Positions 8,048 to 10,127 of a stretch of 10,127 nucleotides of DNA are shown here, one piece after another; within the stretch, counting starts at the first letter, position 1; each line of letters opens with the position of its first letter. The translations under genes and the position numbers were made by a program. The notes beneath the pieces are model-generated. The model had not been told where the DNA came from and ran no database searches. It was given only the letters and a program-made list of their open reading frames with translations. Origin of the DNA: Bacteroidetes bacterium ADurb.Bin234 (GTDB taxonomy: Bacteria; Bacteroidota; Bacteroidia; Bacteroidales; WCHB1-69); contig MWCE01000044.1 of NCBI GenBank assembly GCA_002069895.1, positions 1 through 10,127 on the forward strand, read 5' to 3'.

Positions 8048-8250
8048 ATAATCTCAATATTATTAATTTTATTTAAACAAGCATTCTTTTCTTTTTTTGT
8101 AAAAACGAATAAAAATCATTCCATTTTTTTTTAATTTTTTTTAAAGTATACGCAAATACTTTTTAATAGAACCTTTTATCAACCTGATTTCTCGAAATAT
8201 ACATTTTATACTTTTTTAACATAAATTTTATTAATTATTAAAAATAAATA

Positions 8251-8258
8251 TATTTTTG
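8251..8258 (+). promoter_or_regulatory. Candidate -7 box (tatttttg) for the second small Cys lipoprotein gene
   Basis: Matches TAnnTTTG, 37 nt upstream of the ATG at 8295. Confidence 0.45.
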
Positions 8259-8294
8259 CATTGTAAATATTTTTTAATTTAATAATAAATAAAG

Positions 8295-8504
8295 ATGAAA
8301 AATTTGTTTTTAATTTGTATTATGGTTGTTGTGGCAATGATTACTTTTAATTCATGCATTAAAACTTGTTCATGTAAAGAAGTTGAAGAAGATGCTGTTA
8401 TTTCTACGAGTGAACAACCTATGGTAAGAGGGATTCAATGTGAAGATTTAAGTTCATATTCAACCAGTACCGATGGTAAGAAAACAGGCACTATTTGCGA
8501 ATAA
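8295..8504 (+). CDS. Small four-cysteine lipoprotein, paralog B; 69-aa precursor; uncharacterised
   Basis: Signal peptide MKNLFLICIMVVVAMITFNSC with a lipobox, then IKTCSC...IQCEDLS...DGKKTGTICE. The framework matches paralog A: C(lipid)-x-K-T-C-[ST]-C-(21-22 aa)-C-[AE]-D-[ML]-S-(~8 aa)-DGKK-x-G-x-x-C-[KE]-stop. It has its own promoter and terminator. Confidence 0.75.
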   Translation: MKNLFLICIMVVVAMITFNSCIKTCSCKEVEEDAVISTSEQPMVRGIQCEDLSSYSTSTDGKKTGTICE

Positions 8505-8527
8505 TTAAATATTCGTAATTACGTTAT

Positions 8528-8562
8528 AAAGTCATTGGAGTTTTTCAATGACTTTATTTTTT
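8528..8562 (+). terminator. Rho-independent terminator of small lipoprotein gene B; it overlaps the first annotated ATG of menA
   Basis: The sequence aaagtcattg-gagttttt-caatgacttt forms a perfect 10-bp stem with an 8-nt loop, followed by atttttt. The ORF-track start at 8548 lies inside the 3' arm of the stem. The next in-frame ATG at 8563 follows the T-tract. Confidence 0.6.
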
Positions 8563-9552
8563 ATGTTAAAAACAATACTATTTTGGTTACACAATGCACG
8601 TCATGTTGCATTACCACAGAGTTTATTGCCCTCTATTATGGCAGTTTGTTTGGCGATGCAAACCGACAGTTTTTCACTTTGGCTTTCCATTGCAGCCATT
8701 GCCGGTATAACAATGGTTCATCTCGGAGCTAATCTAACGGATGATTATTTTGATTATAAAAAAAACAAACAACAAATCGAACAACAAAATCATCCGAGCA
8801 AATCACCCTTACGCAAAGGGAAATGCAATTACTTAATAAATGGAACTGTAACCGAAAAACAATTATTGTCGGTTATTTCATTTTTATTTTTATTAGGATT
8901 TATTTTTGCCGGAATTATTTTTTATTATAGAGGTGCTATCATATTATATTATATTTTGATAACTGGATTTTTAAGCATTACTTACTCTGGCTTTCCTTTG
9001 CGTTTAAGTTATTACGGATTAGGAGAAATCAGCATAGGCATTATATTTGGTCCTTTATTAGTTTCAGGAGTGTTTTATGCTTCTTGTGGTTCTTTTACCT
9101 CTGAAATGTGGACACTTTCATTCATTATAGGAATGTTGGTTTTAAATATATTATATATTCATTCGGTTATGGATTACGAAGCGGATAAAAGTGTGAATAA
9201 GAAAACATTGGCTGTATTAATAAAAAACAAAAACATTATGTTAGCCGTAGCCGCCCTACCTGTCTTCACACCATTTATATTCATTTTAGCAGGGATTTAT
9301 TTACAATATTTGAATTATTACTATTTCGTTTTACTTGCTTTATTGCCATTAGCAATTGTACTATACTATTTATTAATACAATATATCAAGCATCCCGACA
9401 GAATTTACAAACCACATTTTTGGATGGGACCTATGGAACAATGGGATGTCATTACAAAAGCCGGTATAGATCAATTTATGATACGTTGGTTCTTAGCAAG
9501 AAACCTTACTGTTTTCTTTTGTATATTAAGCATCATTGTAAGTTTTTTATAA
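8548..9552 (+). CDS. menA: 1,4-dihydroxy-2-naphthoate polyprenyltransferase (UbiA superfamily, MenA-type)
   Basis: The product is polytopic with two Asp-rich motifs, NLTDDYFDYKKN (NDxxDxxxD-type) and MDYEADKSVNKKTL. Other MenA-like blocks are present: WLHNARHVALPQSLLPSIMAV, PLRKGK...TEKQLL and GLGEISIGIIFGPLLVSG. The biological start may be the in-frame ATG at 8563 (MLKTILFW...), because 8548 is buried in the upstream terminator hairpin. Confidence 0.8.
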   Translation: MTLFFMLKTILFWLHNARHVALPQSLLPSIMAVCLAMQTDSFSLWLSIAAIAGITMVHLGANLTDDYFDYKKNKQQIEQQNHPSKSPLRKGKCNYLINGTVTEKQLLSVISFLFLLGFIFAGIIFYYRGAIILYYILITGFLSITYSGFPLRLSYYGLGEISIGIIFGPLLVSGVFYASCGSFTSEMWTLSFIIGMLVLNILYIHSVMDYEADKSVNKKTLAVLIKNKNIMLAVAALPVFTPFIFILAGIYLQYLNYYYFVLLALLPLAIVLYYLLIQYIKHPDRIYKPHFWMGPMEQWDVITKAGIDQFMIRWFLARNLTVFFCILSIIVSFL

Positions 9553-9555
9553 AAA

Positions 9556-9924
9556 ATGCTACGAATAGTTATAATTATCGCAGGTTGTTTATCCTTGGCA
9601 CTCGGAGTTATCGGAATTTTTATCCCGGTGCTCCCCACTACTCCATTTCTATTATTGGCTTCTTATTTGTTTTTAAAAAGCTCAATGAGATTACGCAATT
9701 GGTTGATGAATCATAAATATTTAGGAAGTTATATACAAAACTTTCAAATACATAAAGCCATCCCTTTGAAAGTAAAAATCTCTTCCGTTGCATTATTATG
9801 GGTTACCATATTAACTTCCGCTTTTCTTTTTGTTGATAAAACATGGCTCCGCTTAATATTAATAGGAATTGCCATTGCGGTAAGCCTACATATATTATCA
9901 TATAAGACCTTAAAAAAAGAATAA
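9556..9924 (+). CDS. ybaN: DUF454/YbaN-family inner-membrane protein
   Basis: The 122-aa product [43 protein letters not shown] is near-collinear with E. coli YbaN ([43 protein letters not shown]...). Its start is 3 nt after the menA stop, so it is probably co-transcribed. Confidence 0.85.
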   Translation: [122 protein letters not shown]

Positions 9925-9964
9925 AGCATTTCACTTCTATATAAATTAAGCGATTTATTTTATG

Positions 9965-9972
9965 TAATTTTG
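9965..9972 (+). promoter_or_regulatory. Candidate -7 box (taattttg) upstream of the uvrA-like gene
   Basis: Matches TAnnTTTG, ~90 nt upstream of the ATG at 10061. A palindrome lies between the box and the start. Confidence 0.3.
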
Positions 9973-10011
9973 CATTCGTCAATAGCAAAGTCTATCAAAC
10001 TAAAAAACAAC

Positions 10012-10038
10012 TGTTTGAAATACTGATTTATTCAAACA
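10012..10038. promoter_or_regulatory. Inverted repeat TGTTTGAA-N11-TTCAAACA in the uvrA-like leader; possible operator
   Basis: Perfect 8-bp arms (10012-10019 and 10031-10038) lie 23 nt upstream of the ATG. No T-tract follows, so this is not a terminator. Confidence 0.3.
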
Positions 10039-10060
10039 TAACGCAAGAGCATAAAAAAAG

Positions 10061-10127
10061 ATGTCGATAGCAGAAGAAAATTTAGAAATTTGGGGAGCAA
10101 AGAAGCATAATTTAAAAGATGTTAATC
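10061..10127 (+). CDS. uvrA: Excinuclease ABC subunit A-like protein, N-terminal 22 codons (partial; continues past the right edge)
   Basis: The product begins MSIAEENLEIWGAKKHNLKDVN. The block [IV]x[IVW]xGA[KR]xHNLK[ND][IV] is the characteristic UvrA N-terminus (IEVRGARTHNLKNI). Only 67 nt are available, so the call is tentative. Confidence 0.5.
   Translation, partial: MSIAEENLEIWGAKKHNLKDVN

Noticed and set aside
8535-8732. 65-aa ORF overlapping the 5' end of menA in another frame
   Set aside because: It starts inside the upstream terminator hairpin and overlaps a reading frame with clear MenA motifs. It has no independent signals.
8548-9552. MenA is ~30 aa longer than typical MenA proteins; this was considered as a possible fusion or insertion
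   Set aside because: The extra length maps to a hydrophilic loop after the first Asp-rich motif (KKNKQQIEQQNHPSKSPLRKGKCNY) and to the alternative upstream start. Both are within normal variation for UbiA-family enzymes.
9420-9988. Overlapping ORFs 9420-9716 (+), 9744-9929 (-) and 9803-9988 (-) across the menA 3' end and ybaN
   Set aside because: They are out-of-frame or antisense to confidently identified menA and YbaN/DUF454 coding sequence. The YbaN frame is near-collinear with E. coli YbaN, leaving no room for genuine overlapping genes.
1-10127. Window-wide scan for mobile elements, tRNA/rRNA genes and CRISPR arrays
   Set aside because: No transposase or integrase-like reading frames. 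No terminal inverted repeats bracket any segment. No cloverleaf-compatible GC-rich 70-90 nt blocks were seen; the only GC-rich stretches are coding. No regularly spaced direct repeats.

Overview
This is an AT-rich (roughly 30% GC) chromosomal window that looks Bacteroidota-like. The affiliation rests on the compact AT-rich intergenic spacers, the absence of Shine-Dalgarno sequences, a lipoprotein-rich gene set, and TAnnTTTG-type -7 promoter boxes 35-45 nt upstream of most start codons. From left to right the window contains the following. (1) The 5' ~845 codons of a UvrD/AddA-like superfamily-1 helicase on the minus strand, running off the left edge. It was recognised from rev-comp translation; it is absent from the ORF track because it has no stop in the window. 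(2) A divergently transcribed ogt (O6-alkylguanine-DNA alkyltransferase, PCHRIV active site). (3) A 308-aa lipoprotein with YD/DUF4595-like repeats. (4) A convergent minus-strand block of nfeD (yqiJ-like), flotillin (yqiK/floT-like) and RNase Z. (5) Two tandem, separately promoted and separately terminated, paralogous ~68-aa four-cysteine lipoprotein genes. (6) A MenA-type UbiA prenyltransferase. (7) A YbaN/DUF454 membrane protein. (8) The first 22 codons of a uvrA-like gene at the right edge. I found no rRNA, tRNA, CRISPR array, transposase or integrase. The most unusual element is the tandem pair of rapidly diverged small Cys-framework lipoproteins at 7780-8504, which may represent an undescribed secreted peptide family. 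The rest of the window is ordinary housekeeping and DNA-repair content. All functional calls come from by-eye motif recognition. No database search was possible.
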